DNA from: a candidate division WOR-3 bacterium
GTDB lineage: Bacteria > Hydrothermota > Tepidihabitantia > SM23-42 > JAOAFX01
DNA length: 35,679 nt
Direction of reading: 5' to 3'
Assembly (NCBI GenBank): GCA_037444665.1
Contig: JBBILZ010000023.1
Span: 1 to 35,679, forward strand
The notes beneath the pieces are model-generated. The model was not told the DNA's origin, did not search any database, and saw only the letters and a list, made by a program, of their open reading frames with translations. A program made the position numbers and the translations under genes. This document shows, piece after piece, positions 1 to 10,253 of the stretch (position 1 is the first letter of the stretch; the number at the start of each line of letters is the position of its first letter).

Positions 1-9
1 TTTTCTTTT

Positions 10-107
10 TGTCATTGCGAGGAGCGAAGCGACGAAGCAATCTCATCTGTTATTGCACAGTTCAGGGATTGCCACGCCCTTGCCTTCGGCAAGGGCTCGC
101 AATGACA
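10..107. repeat. Palindromic intergenic element (REP/RPE-like)
   Basis: Terminal IR TGTCATTGCGAG (10-21) / CTCGCAATGACA (96-107); inner GCAATC (37-42) / GATTGC (67-72); 9-bp hairpin GCCCTTGCC-TTC-GGCAAGGGC (76-96). Confidence 0.8.
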
Positions 108-149
108 TTGAATATGAATAATGCAGGTTAAATATCTTTCGGGTTATCT

Positions 150-1400
150 TTATTCATATCTTAATGCCTCAATAGGATTTAATGAGGCAGCTTTGCGTGC
201 GGGATATATGCCAAAAAAGATTCCAACCGCTGAAGAAAAACCAAAACCCAAAATAATCATCCAGGGCGCAACTGCTGCCTTAAGTGGCGAAATCGCTGAA
301 ATCAACCAGGCAAGGAGCATCCCCAGGATAATCCCGATAATACCACCCACAAGGGACAGGACAACTGATTCGGTAATAAACTGGAGCAGAATATTTTGAT
401 TTGAAGCACCCACTGCCTTGCGAATACCGATCTCCCTTGTCCTTTCCGCAACTGAGACGAGCATAATATTCATTATCCCAATGCCACCAACTATCAAAGA
501 TATTGCGGCAATTGCGATAATTGCTACAAAGCCAACACGGGTAATATTTTGATAAATTTCAAACAGCATCTGCTGGGTTCCCAATTCAAAATCATCATTT
601 TGATCAAGGCGCAAGCTGTGCCTTCGCCTCATCAGTTCGCGGATCTCATCCATTGCCTCTTCAACTTTGCCCGATTTTGGCATCACACTTATTGTATAGC
701 CACCGAAAGCCCGCTCATATATACTCGTCCTTCTTCTGGTAGGAAAAATCTTCTCATAAAATGGATAAGGGATGGTAATTAAATTGTCCATACTCTGACC
801 CAGAAATGAACCTTTTTCTTTGTATACTCCAATAATCTTTATGCGGTGTGCACCAATATTCAAATCCTTACCAATGGGTAATTCATCACCGAACAGATTT
901 TTTGCCACATATGAACCGATAATGCCAACATTTCTTTTGTGTAGTATATCATCCGTATTAAGGTCCCTGCCAATCTCTACAATATAATTGTGAACTTTTG
1001 AAAAATCTTCAGTTGAGCCTTCAATTGAGGTCATTGCAACCTCTTTGTCTTTATATTTTAATTTGGTAAAATTTTGTTCAATCGTCGGAACTGCAGTTAC
1101 TACTGAGGAGAGTTGTTTAAGTGCAAGGGCATCATCCGGTGTCAAGTCTGGTCGCTTCGCAATATCTTCAAAATTTGGTGGGCCCATTCTCACCATTGAA
1201 TATTTGGTGACAAATATCAAGTCCGAACCAATGGAACGGATCTGACTCGCTACTGATTGATTTAAGCCCTCAATCAAAGATAAAATCGCAATGACCGTGG
1301 TCACGCCAATGATAATACCCAGCGTTGTCAAAAAAGAACGCATCTTATGGGATTTAAAAGTTTGAACCGCTAAACTAATGATTTCAGTTATGCTATGCAT
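150..1400 (-). CDS. MacB/YknZ-family ABC transporter permease
   Basis: RSFLTTLGIIIGV first TM, periplasmic domain, GGIGIMNIMLVSVAERTREIGIRKAVGA, C-terminal PARKAASLNPIEALRYE; ATG 1400 preferred over TTG 1412. Confidence 0.93.
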   Translation of the reverse strand: MHSITEIISLAVQTFKSHKMRSFLTTLGIIIGVTTVIAILSLIEGLNQSVASQIRSIGSDLIFVTKYSMVRMGPPNFEDIAKRPDLTPDDALALKQLSSVVTAVPTIEQNFTKLKYKDKEVAMTSIEGSTEDFSKVHNYIVEIGRDLNTDDILHKRNVGIIGSYVAKNLFGDELPIGKDLNIGAHRIKIIGVYKEKGSFLGQSMDNLITIPYPFYEKIFPTRRRTSIYERAFGGYTISVMPKSGKVEEAMDEIRELMRRRHSLRLDQNDDFELGTQQMLFEIYQNITRVGFVAIIAIAAISLIVGGIGIMNIMLVSVAERTREIGIRKAVGASNQNILLQFITESVVLSLVGGIIGIILGMLLAWLISAISPLKAAVAPWMIILGFGFSSAVGIFFGIYPARKAASLNPIEALRYE

Positions 1401-1403
1401 AAT

Positions 1404-1493
1404 AAATTCCAATATACATATTTTTCAAACTGTTTGGAATTTTGGTAATTGGAATTTTTATATTGTTTCGGATTTCGATATTCTAATTTCGAA
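1404..1493. repeat. Imperfect 7-bp periodic repeat tract in the ATPase-permease spacer
   Basis: TTTCGGA TTTCGAT ATTCTAA TTTCGAA (1466-1493); TTGGAATTT at 1434 and 1449 complementary to AAATTCCAA (1404-1412). Confidence 0.55.
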
Positions 1494-1562
1494 TTTTTTA
1501 TATGGTATAAACTTATTATCTTGCTGATACAATCACTTTCTGGTAATCTGGTGTTCCGATTA

Positions 1563-2231
1563 TTATCCATTTGCAATCCTGCCATCAATAATCTTTATCA
1601 CCCGTTTTGCATGGCTGGCAATATTCTGGTCATGAGTAACGAGCACAATAGTATTGCCCTCAGCATGGAGTCTATCAAATAATTCCATAATCTCTTTGCC
1701 GGTCTTTGTATCAAGGTTTCCGGTAGGTTCATCAGCAAAAACGATTTTAGGTCGGTTAACCAGTGCCCGTGCAATAGCCACACGCTGACATTCTCCACCC
1801 GACAATTCATTGGGACGGTGATACATTCTTTCAGCAAGGCCGACCTTTGATAAAATTTCTTTTGCCCGTTCAATTCTTTCTTTTTTATTCACATGGGCAT
1901 ATAACAAAGGCAGGGCAACATTTTCCAGTGCAGAAAGTCTATTTAAAAGATTAAAACTCTGAAATACAAAACCAATAGAAAGATTTCTAATCCTTGCCAG
2001 TTCTGCATCTGTATAATCTGAAACCTTTTTATCTTCAAGGAAATAATCACCCTTTGTCGGTGTATCAAGACAACCAAGGATATGCATCAAAGTTGACTTA
2101 CCAGAGCCTGATGGACCCATAATAGAAAGATACTCATTCTCTGCAATCTCTAAACTCACACCGCGTAATGCCTCAATCTCAACCTTGCCCAGACTATATT
2201 TTTTACGGATATCTATTGCCCGGCAGAGCAT
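1563..2231 (-). CDS. ABC transporter ATP-binding protein (LolD/MacB/YknY type)
   Basis: Walker [10 protein letters not shown], signature [15 protein letters not shown], Walker [12 protein letters not shown]-loop VTHD; ATG 2231 (alternative GTG 2246). Confidence 0.95.
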   Translation of the reverse strand: MLCRAIDIRKKYSLGKVEIEALRGVSLEIAENEYLSIMGPSGSGKSTLMHILGCLDTPTKGDYFLEDKKVSDYTDAELARIRNLSIGFVFQSFNLLNRLSALENVALPLLYAHVNKKERIERAKEILSKVGLAERMYHRPNELSGGECQRVAIARALVNRPKIVFADEPTGNLDTKTGKEIMELFDRLHAEGNTIVLVTHDQNIASHAKRVIKIIDGRIANG

Positions 2232-2234
2232 TTT

Positions 2235-2255
2235 GTCACTGGTCACTGGTCACTG
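2235..2255. repeat. (GTCACTG)x3 tandem heptamer at the MFP/ATPase junction
   Basis: Three perfect copies at 2235, 2242 and 2249. Confidence 0.8.
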
Positions 2256-3363
2256 ATTTTACGGTATCACTGCCCGCTTTATTTTTCGTTGTTGGTTTAA
2301 TTTCCACTCCTGAACCATCCTTCAATTTTGATAATACCCGATATGGACCACTGATGACCGTATCACCTTCATTAACACCAGAAATAATCTCTATCTCAGT
2401 ATCACTGGATATACCTGTTTGAATCTCTTTTAATAATGCCTTACTATTCTGCACGACAAAAATTGATTCAGTAAGTTTATTTTCTATTTTTCTTTTTCCC
2501 ACTGCCTGGATAGGTACAACCAGTATATCAGTTTTTTTGTTGGTAATAATCTCTGCCTTGACATTCATCCCTGGTCTCAGGTTTGAGGAAAAGTTCTTTA
2601 ATTCTATTTCCACTTCAAAATCGGTCATCTTTTCTGTGGTAGTAATTGAAGTAATGGGCATCAAACCGACTTTGGTCACGATTCCTTTAAATACTGAATC
2701 GGGCAGGGCATCTGCAATCACCTCTGCCTCCTGTCCCAATTTTACCTGCGGAACTTCGGTCTCATCTATCTTTACCACTCCAATCAATCGCGACATATCG
2801 GCAATGGTTGCCAGAACCGTGCCCGCATAATTCATTGTTCCCATTACTGCTGTCTCACCTTCTTCAATATTTAATTTCATTATTTTACCGGATATTGGTG
2901 CATAGATTTTTGTTTTCTGATAGGCATCCAGTGTCTGGTCATACCTTGCCTTTGCAGACCGGTAATTCAATTCTGCGGTCTCAAAATTTTCCTGGCTTAT
3001 AAGCCCTTTGTCATAAAGACTCTGTGTGCGTTTAAAAACCTGCTCTGCCTGTTTGAGTTGTGCCTTAGCAAGTTCATAATTTGCCTGTGCCTGGATATCA
3101 TCAAGTTCAATTAAAAGGCTACCCTTTTTTACAAAATCACCCTCTTTGTAAAAAATCTTTTTTACCCGACCAATCGTTTCTGCCGAGATGTCTACCTGTG
3201 ATTTTGCTTTGAGTTCACCATCTGCACTCACCTTAGATACAATTTCACCCTTTTTGGCAATCTCTATTTCAACGCTTTCACCCTTTGTTTTCTGTGTCAG
3301 ATTCAACACAATAATCAAAATTATCACAATTGCTATGCCTATAACTAAAATTATTTTTTTCAT
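2236..3363 (-). CDS. Efflux periplasmic adaptor (membrane fusion protein, MacA/YknX-like)
   Basis: N-terminal TM anchor, lipoyl-like halves [17 protein letters not shown] and IYAPISG, LRPGMNV, C-terminal GVNEGDTV. Confidence 0.93.
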   Translation of the reverse strand: MKKIILVIGIAIVIILIIVLNLTQKTKGESVEIEIAKKGEIVSKVSADGELKAKSQVDISAETIGRVKKIFYKEGDFVKKGSLLIELDDIQAQANYELAKAQLKQAEQVFKRTQSLYDKGLISQENFETAELNYRSAKARYDQTLDAYQKTKIYAPISGKIMKLNIEEGETAVMGTMNYAGTVLATIADMSRLIGVVKIDETEVPQVKLGQEAEVIADALPDSVFKGIVTKVGLMPITSITTTEKMTDFEVEIELKNFSSNLRPGMNVKAEIITNKKTDILVVPIQAVGKRKIENKLTESIFVVQNSKALLKEIQTGISSDTEIEIISGVNEGDTVISGPYRVLSKLKDGSGVEIKPTTKNKAGSDTVKSVTSDQ

Positions 3364-4604
3364 TTTGACTCCTCAATGGTTAACTGCCCTAACAAAAAAG
3401 AGAGCATTGCCTGATTAGTATAAAAATCACTGAGCGCCCTTGATAGATTAATCCGGGCATTGTAGTATTCCTCTTCTGTGCGCAAAAAATCAAGAAGAGA
3501 GATTACGCCCAGGCTATACTGCTCGCGTCCGAGTATAATTGCCTCTTCTGCCACCTCTAAACTTTTTCTGGCAAAATTTAACTTGTCAATTGATTCCTGT
3601 AGGCTATAATAATTCGTATGCAATAACTTTTCTGATTCAAGGATTGCACTTTGTTTACTGTATTCTTTAATCCTCATGTCCTTCTTTGCCGTAAGATAAT
3701 TAAAGATCAAATTTTTAATTTCAAATATCGGAAATGTAATACTCACTCCATAATTTTTTGTGGAATGTTCGCGCCACATATCAAAGTCAAAGATAAAAGA
3801 ATCAAGGCTTACACTGTATCCATAAAAGAGTGAAATCTTCGGTAAAAAAGCGAACATAGAAAACCAGAGATTTACTTTTGACAAACTGCTCATTTGTTTT
3901 GCCAGTTTAATATTTAAATTTACCTTTTCTAAAATCACTTTTAATGAATCAACAGAGGGTAATAAAAAAGTATCAGGGATAATTAGTGAATCCAGCGGAT
4001 AAATTTTGTGTTCAATATTAAGCATTGCTTTTAATTCCTGTTGTGCCTGCATTTCAAGTGTTTTTGCCTGAGAAACATTCTGCAGAATCTGTAGATAGAA
4101 GGCTTCAGCCTGAAGTAATTCCAATTTTGATGCTGAACCGAGATTATATTTTGTTTCCACAAGTTTTTTATTCTCCAGTGCCCGCTCCTGTGCCTTTTGT
4201 GACGAATTCAGCAGTTCATTCGCCGTAATGAGATTATAATAAGATTTTTTTAGATTAAGAATTAAATTGGCTATGGTCTGCTCGTGCTGTATTGCACTCC
4301 CTTTTTCCTGCCCCTTTGCGATAACAATTGAGCTGATCACATCTAAATCAAAAACCGGCATAGAGAAATTGGTTGAACCTGTATACTTTTCAGTTTGTAT
4401 ATTATTAAAGTCACTATGTGTCCAGGTTCCAGTCGTTGTATTTGTGGGCAATAGAAAAGAAAGTGCTTGATAAAATTGCACCCGGGACTTTGATAGGGTC
4501 TCCCTTGATTCTAAATAGTTTGGACTCTGTCTCAATGCAATATCAATTACCTGATTTAAAGACAGAGAATCAATTTCAAATGTTAAAAAAATCAATATCC
4601 ACAT
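3360..4604 (-). CDS. TolC-family outer membrane efflux protein
   Basis: Two OEP repeats (KYNLGSASKLELLQAE; QYSLGVISLLDFLRTE), LSLNQVIDIAL start, 4-nt overlap with the MFP gene. Confidence 0.88.
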   Translation of the reverse strand: MWILIFLTFEIDSLSLNQVIDIALRQSPNYLESRETLSKSRVQFYQALSFLLPTNTTTGTWTHSDFNNIQTEKYTGSTNFSMPVFDLDVISSIVIAKGQEKGSAIQHEQTIANLILNLKKSYYNLITANELLNSSQKAQERALENKKLVETKYNLGSASKLELLQAEAFYLQILQNVSQAKTLEMQAQQELKAMLNIEHKIYPLDSLIIPDTFLLPSVDSLKVILEKVNLNIKLAKQMSSLSKVNLWFSMFAFLPKISLFYGYSVSLDSFIFDFDMWREHSTKNYGVSITFPIFEIKNLIFNYLTAKKDMRIKEYSKQSAILESEKLLHTNYYSLQESIDKLNFARKSLEVAEEAIILGREQYSLGVISLLDFLRTEEEYYNARINLSRALSDFYTNQAMLSFLLGQLTIEESK

Positions 4605-4616
4605 ATGGATTCAAGT

Positions 4617-4644
4617 ATTATACACAATCCTCTACTAAAATCAA
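4617..4644 (-). promoter_or_regulatory. sigma70-like promoter of the tolC-MFP-ABC operon
   Basis: TTGATT-N16-TATAAT, 12 nt upstream of ATG 4604; no SD. Confidence 0.6.
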
Positions 4645-4742
4645 GTATAAAATTTTTAAACCAAACCTGGTATACAGAGGTTAAAATTTTTTGATTATCA
4701 ATGTTTTCTGGCACTTTCAAAAGTTAGTATATTCAGGTGGAT

Positions 4743-6767
4743 TTATTTGCAGGGGCACAGGTGAAGACTTCTATGACCATCCTGCTTGGTAACAATGACA
4801 TTGTCACCAGTTTTGGTTAATCCATGTATGTCGTAAGACATATTCTCAATAAAAGCATCAGGGTCCATTGCCGAGGAGAAAATAATTTTATCCTCTCCAC
4901 TCAGTAAATCAATCCTGTGAATCTGGTAATGTTCAACCAGATATGCATCATTGATTGGTATATATTCGTAAACCTGTTTTCTAAGTTCTGAAGCAAATAT
5001 AACATATTTATCATTAGTTGAAAAGTATATTGCACCTGTACCTATAACCATTGTATCCTCCCATACACCACACCAGAGCACTTTCTTATTTTCCCCATTT
5101 TTATCAATAATCACCAATGTAGTATCAAAATCAATGACCATCCTCTTCCCATTATATGACCAGGTTGGTTCTCCCTCTAATTGCTTGATATTTGAACCTT
5201 TAAGATCTGAAACATAATATGCATATTCACCTGTTTCAGTTGAGAATGTGGTAAAGGTAATCTCTTTATCACCAGGGAGAAATTGTGCAGACTCAACCTC
5301 ATCAGCGATTTTGAGTTTTTTATTATTTTTTAAATCATAGAGATAAAGCATATATATATCATCCAGTTTGTAGTTAAACAGTATGAGATTACCGTCTTTT
5401 GAGATGTCCAGAACATTCATCCAGTATTGCGCAGTATCTATTTGCTGTAAATTACTCCCATCTGTATCAATTACATAAATCGCCATTTTGTCCAAATAAT
5501 TAAATTCATTATCCCAGTTATCATCTGAACGGGCACTTATGAAAATAAATTTCTTCTCATCGGGCGTAAAAAAACCAAGTTTATTATAGAACTCATCTGT
5601 GGCAATCTGGATTTTACCTGTATTATCCGAGTTTATTATCCATAGGGAATTATCTTCAAGTGTATAAGCAACCTTATTCCCTGACTTTGATACGATAAAA
5701 TCATTAATACTGCCAGATGCTTTATCAAGAATGAATTCTGTTTTTTCTTTCAAATTATAATAGCAAACATTGACATTGTATTGTTGCTTCTCAAAACGAG
5801 TTCGTGATGCCAAATAGAATAACTTATCCTGCACCGGCAAAATCTTAGAATTCGATATAATATTTTCAACAATAAGGGAGTCTTGGCGCGGTGGCAATTT
5901 CAGTGGCGGGGCATCCATAATATACAATGCCCATTCACCATCTTTGTTGGAAACGAAGGCAATCTTACCGCCATCCGGTGACCAGACTGGAGCATTTTCG
6001 TGGTATGGCGTTTCCGTAATCTGGGTCAAACCTGAACCATCTTTATTAATCAGCCACAGGTCACTATTTCCGTCTATGTTGTATGTGAATATAATCTGCT
6101 CTCCATCTGGAGAAAATGATGGAAAATATGCCCGAGACAGTACATCAGTAAGGAATTTTTTCTCGCCCATTACAAGGTCTACAATTGCTAATTGTTCAAT
6201 ATCATTTTCCAAGGAAGTATATGATACGAATTCGTCATCACGGGAGAATACCGGGGGACCATTTTCACTCGCATTGTTTGAAATAAGAATGGGTTCACTA
6301 TCTTCCCTCATTACATACAAAACCTTGTTAAATGATGTTCCCGCAAGTAAGGCAGAAGTTCCAATGTTATATGGTGAATTGATGACAATTGCATAGGGTA
6401 GTGGAATTTCTGCGGTTGCTTCTGAATCCACCTTTCCAGAAAACGTGTTAAACTTCAATAATACAGAGATTGAAGAATCTTCTTTTATTTCTTTTTCATA
6501 AGAGGTGGTTATATAAGTGCCGTTTGCCGTATATGATGGATTCCTTTCATATTCTTTCGTATGCGTTAACCTCCTGAGATTTTTACCATCCACACTAATT
6601 GTATATAAATCTCCATTCTGAGAAATAAAGGCTATTTCATCGCCCTGTGGCGACCAGGCAGGTGGTATGACAGGAACTGCTACGCTGTCAGCAAGTTTTA
6701 TTATCTCTGCATTGACCATAGTAAAAAATACAAAAAAAATTACAATTGAGGAGTGCCTTTTATTCAT
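4743..6767 (-). CDS. Secreted TolB-like (PD40 repeat) protein, probably two beta-propellers
   Basis: Signal peptide ending VNA-E; repeats WSPQGDEIAF, FSPDGEQIIF, WSPDGGKIAFVS; Pro-rich linker APPLKLPP; second repeat set FTPDEKKFIF, WSYNGKRMV. Confidence 0.8.
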   Translation of the reverse strand: MNKRHSSIVIFFVFFTMVNAEIIKLADSVAVPVIPPAWSPQGDEIAFISQNGDLYTISVDGKNLRRLTHTKEYERNPSYTANGTYITTSYEKEIKEDSSISVLLKFNTFSGKVDSEATAEIPLPYAIVINSPYNIGTSALLAGTSFNKVLYVMREDSEPILISNNASENGPPVFSRDDEFVSYTSLENDIEQLAIVDLVMGEKKFLTDVLSRAYFPSFSPDGEQIIFTYNIDGNSDLWLINKDGSGLTQITETPYHENAPVWSPDGGKIAFVSNKDGEWALYIMDAPPLKLPPRQDSLIVENIISNSKILPVQDKLFYLASRTRFEKQQYNVNVCYYNLKEKTEFILDKASGSINDFIVSKSGNKVAYTLEDNSLWIINSDNTGKIQIATDEFYNKLGFFTPDEKKFIFISARSDDNWDNEFNYLDKMAIYVIDTDGSNLQQIDTAQYWMNVLDISKDGNLILFNYKLDDIYMLYLYDLKNNKKLKIADEVESAQFLPGDKEITFTTFSTETGEYAYYVSDLKGSNIKQLEGEPTWSYNGKRMVIDFDTTLVIIDKNGENKKVLWCGVWEDTMVIGTGAIYFSTNDKYVIFASELRKQVYEYIPINDAYLVEHYQIHRIDLLSGEDKIIFSSAMDPDAFIENMSYDIHGLTKTGDNVIVTKQDGHRSLHLCPCK

Positions 6768-6801
6768 ATTACATCCTTTTTAATTTTTTATCACCCATTT
6801 T

Positions 6802-9800
6802 TTATTTACCATACCCATAAAGATTGAACGGCGCCCAGAAAAACGGATGGTTAAAATCATTATTTTCTTTTAATTCTCGTTGTGCATCTGTTAATGCCTT
6901 TGCTGAATAGGCACCGCTATTCAATTTCTGATAGAATGATGTCATCAGTCTGCCTGTTGATACATCGCTCACCTTCCATAAAGAAGCGATGATAGTCGGT
7001 GCACCCGCATAGATAAAGCCCCTTAAAAGTCCGATAATCTCATCACCTTTGGTGACCTTTGAAAGACCTGATTCACAGGCACTCAGAATCACCAATCGGG
7101 CATTCTTCAAATCAATGCCATATACTTCATATGCCTCAAGTCTGCCATCTTCAAGAAAATCTGCTCCTTTTGCCAGCAGCAATGAGGACGACATTGGTTT
7201 TAATCTGTTAAATTCGCCGTGACACGCAAAATGGATGATATTGTAATCACCCGCAAAAATACGGCATCTATCTTCAGTCGCATCCTTCCTTAGAAAAACA
7301 ACCTGCTTCTCAAAATATTTAGCAACCTCTTTTACTTCCATTTCTGCATTGGGTAAGTCAAACCTGGGGTTATTCAGGTCTGGATTACCCAGAGCCAGGA
7401 TATTATTTTTTGGCTTATCCTTTTTATTAAGGCAATATTGCAGAATACCTGAACTTGGCAAATAAGTAATATAATATCTATCAATCAAATATGAACCATC
7501 CGCATCCATAAGCGCAGAAAAAGGCAGATAATGTAGTATCCCATGTGGAACAATTATAAGGTTTTCGTCCTTCAAATATCCTTTTACTGGTTCAACCAAA
7601 GTTTTGAATAATTCTGATGCGGGTTCTTTATAATTATCATCAAGGAGCATAATTGCACTGCGGAAATAGTTTATTAAATTGACAAGATTGTTAACAGATA
7701 TTTTTGTTTGCACCAGTTTCAAATCTGTCTTGGTAATTACAAAACAGATGAGGCTCGTATCAGTAAAATAATATTCAAGAATTGTAGTATTATTATCAAG
7801 ATCTTTTTGAACATCAGTCAGACGCAACTGCCTGATGTTAATTAAACTGGCAAGTTCTGGTTTTTTCTTTTCAACTGTTTTTATTAATGAATCGTAAGAA
7901 ATTAATGCCGAGCGAAATTTATTATTCAAATCATTGATTTCGTCTTTATCCAGGGTTTCACTATTCTGTAATTCTTTTTTCAGGTCGTTAATTTTTTCTT
8001 CAATCTTTTTTCGTTCAAGAAAAATATTCTTTTCCTCAGGTGTTGGTAATTCAATTATTTTGCTTTCCAGTAGTTCCAGCAAAACCCTTGCCTTTGCCCT
8101 TTCTACATATTCAAATGCCTTTTGATAAAATCCCTTTTTCAATAAAAGGGTTATTGCCCTCTCATATATTTTCATCTTATCCTCAATAAAATATGAACGA
8201 TTTTCTTCATTTTTGATTGTGCTACGATATTTTTCAAGAATTTCAATTGAGCGTTGGTAATATTTCAATGCTTCATTTTCCTGCCCCTGGAGTTCATAGA
8301 TAAGTCCACGATTTGACATTACCCACATTGTAACTGCGGGAAATACTACTTCATTTAGTTCTATCAAGCCTTCGCTCTTCTGCCCGAGATATTCCATACT
8401 CCGTGTAAAATAAAGCATTGCTTTATTTAATTTATTCATCTCTAAGTATATCTCACCAATCAAATTATATACAAGGGCAAATGCCGATTGATTAAATGTG
8501 TTACCTGCAAAGTCCCGATATTCAGTGCATTTAAAAAGATTGTCTAATGCCGGTTCCATATTCTTCTTTGCCATATTCACAATTCCCAGTCCAAAATATC
8601 CAAATGCCAGAACCTCCTGACCATGTAGCTGCATACGATTTTCATTTTGCCATAAACTCTCTAATGGTTCCTTTGCCATCGCAAAGTATTTTTCTGCAGA
8701 ATCTACCATCCCCATATCAAAATATGTCCAGGCAATATTGCCTTTAATAAATCCTGATGTTACAAAATCAGTGGGCGCAACCCGCTCAATCAATTGTAAC
8801 CCCTGTGTTAATGACTGTAATGCCCGGTCAAAATCTCTCTGAATGCGGCAGGCAAGCCCTAAATTATTATGAGCAGATGCAATATCAAGTTCAGCCTTGA
8901 GATGATGAGAAAATTTTCGGTACAATTCAAATGCAGTTACCGAAAGGTCAATATCACCCATACCAAGGGCATTGAGCCCGGTGAAGTTAAATAAAACAAT
9001 AAGTTTTGTAATATCCTCATATTCAAGTTCTATATGATTTTCACTGTAAAAATGGTGGAAAAATTCAAAAACTTTCCTTGCCTCAGAAAAATTATTAATA
9101 TCATTATATGTTTTTGGTAAGTCCGCAACAAAGATTTTAATACACTGATTTACTTCATCATTATTTTTATTATCTCTAAAAGAAGAAATTGCTCTAATCA
9201 TCATCTCTGGATCTTTCTTTATCTGGTATGCTGCCAGATAAAACAACCCGCGATCATATAATCTGTTTTCTGCTTTGTAGAGTGAATCACTGATTTTCAG
9301 AAAATATTTCACAGAATCTTCTTTCCCTAATCGCAAAAGGGCGATTATTAAATTGGATATTAAATCCAATGAATCATTCTTACCTCGCCACCTGTGGATG
9401 TAAAAATTAAGGCTATCCTTGGATATAGTTAGAGCAGTAAATTTTGCCCGGGTTATTTCCGAAAGTTCCAGGGGATCAACATATAAATACTTAATACCTG
9501 CTCCAATATCACTTAAGAAAAATGGCTCAAGATTTTCTATGTTAGGGACAATAGATTTAGCCGCCTGCAAAAAATCATCAGGATTAATTTTTTCATCATC
9601 AAAGACCAGTGTGCCACGGATAATAGATGCCATTTTTCTAATAGTCACAGTATTCAGGCTATCATCGTTTACATTCTTTGCAATGTTATATATTTCCCAG
9701 AGTATTACAGGATTCTGTGGTGCAAGTTCTAATGCGGAAACAAGATATGCTAAATTGTTGGTGACCTTATAAAGCACAAATAATTGATAAGGCTGGTAAG

Positions 9801-10239
9801 GATAGAGATATTTTAGTTTTTTTATTAATTGTGGAATACTTTCTGTTCTTTTTCCTGACCGTGCCAGCAATAGTAAAAGTCCTGCATAAACATCAGTATT
9901 TGAAGAATCCAGTTCTATCGCATTATAATACTCAGCAATTGCCGAATCAATCATACCTTTGTATTCATAGACCAGTCCCATTCCATAATGAATAAAAGAA
10001 TTTAATGAATCATTCAAATACCTTTTTGTTCTGAAGAAATTCTCTGCCCGATTTAAGTTCTTTGCTGCTGCGCAGGCAAGTACATAATATCTTATTTGTT
10101 CGGGATTGTCTGGATACTCTTTTAGTTCACTCTCAAATTTTAGGATTGCCTGCTGATATAGCCCACTAAACAAGAACTCCCTTGATGCCGGCAAGTCGCT
10201 TAAATTATAAGCAAATAAAAATAATAATTCTAATATCAT
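6802..10239 (-). CDS. TPR-CHAT caspase-like cysteine protease (CHAT-1)
   Basis: TPR arrays, AFEYVERAKAR, coiled coil, dyad IHFACHG / LSACES, IASLWKVSD, HPFFWAPF; short hydrophobic N-terminus. Confidence 0.9.
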   Translation of the reverse strand: MILELLFLFAYNLSDLPASREFLFSGLYQQAILKFESELKEYPDNPEQIRYYVLACAAAKNLNRAENFFRTKRYLNDSLNSFIHYGMGLVYEYKGMIDSAIAEYYNAIELDSSNTDVYAGLLLLLARSGKRTESIPQLIKKLKYLYPYQPYQLFVLYKVTNNLAYLVSALELAPQNPVILWEIYNIAKNVNDDSLNTVTIRKMASIIRGTLVFDDEKINPDDFLQAAKSIVPNIENLEPFFLSDIGAGIKYLYVDPLELSEITRAKFTALTISKDSLNFYIHRWRGKNDSLDLISNLIIALLRLGKEDSVKYFLKISDSLYKAENRLYDRGLFYLAAYQIKKDPEMMIRAISSFRDNKNNDEVNQCIKIFVADLPKTYNDINNFSEARKVFEFFHHFYSENHIELEYEDITKLIVLFNFTGLNALGMGDIDLSVTAFELYRKFSHHLKAELDIASAHNNLGLACRIQRDFDRALQSLTQGLQLIERVAPTDFVTSGFIKGNIAWTYFDMGMVDSAEKYFAMAKEPLESLWQNENRMQLHGQEVLAFGYFGLGIVNMAKKNMEPALDNLFKCTEYRDFAGNTFNQSAFALVYNLIGEIYLEMNKLNKAMLYFTRSMEYLGQKSEGLIELNEVVFPAVTMWVMSNRGLIYELQGQENEALKYYQRSIEILEKYRSTIKNEENRSYFIEDKMKIYERAITLLLKKGFYQKAFEYVERAKARVLLELLESKIIELPTPEEKNIFLERKKIEEKINDLKKELQNSETLDKDEINDLNNKFRSALISYDSLIKTVEKKKPELASLINIRQLRLTDVQKDLDNNTTILEYYFTDTSLICFVITKTDLKLVQTKISVNNLVNLINYFRSAIMLLDDNYKEPASELFKTLVEPVKGYLKDENLIIVPHGILHYLPFSALMDADGSYLIDRYYITYLPSSGILQYCLNKKDKPKNNILALGNPDLNNPRFDLPNAEMEVKEVAKYFEKQVVFLRKDATEDRCRIFAGDYNIIHFACHGEFNRLKPMSSSLLLAKGADFLEDGRLEAYEVYGIDLKNARLVILSACESGLSKVTKGDEIIGLLRGFIYAGAPTIIASLWKVSDVSTGRLMTSFYQKLNSGAYSAKALTDAQRELKENNDFNHPFFWAPFNLYGYGK

Positions 10240-10253
10240 AGGATACCTTCATC

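Noticed and set aside
1388..1588. 66-aa ORF in the ATPase-permease spacer
   Set aside because: It overlaps both neighbours, and its N/K/Q/S-rich sequence is a by-product of the heptamer tract
4743..6767. Calling the PD40 protein tolB
   Set aside because: No TolB N-terminal domain, a second propeller is present, and there are no pal/tolQRA neighbours
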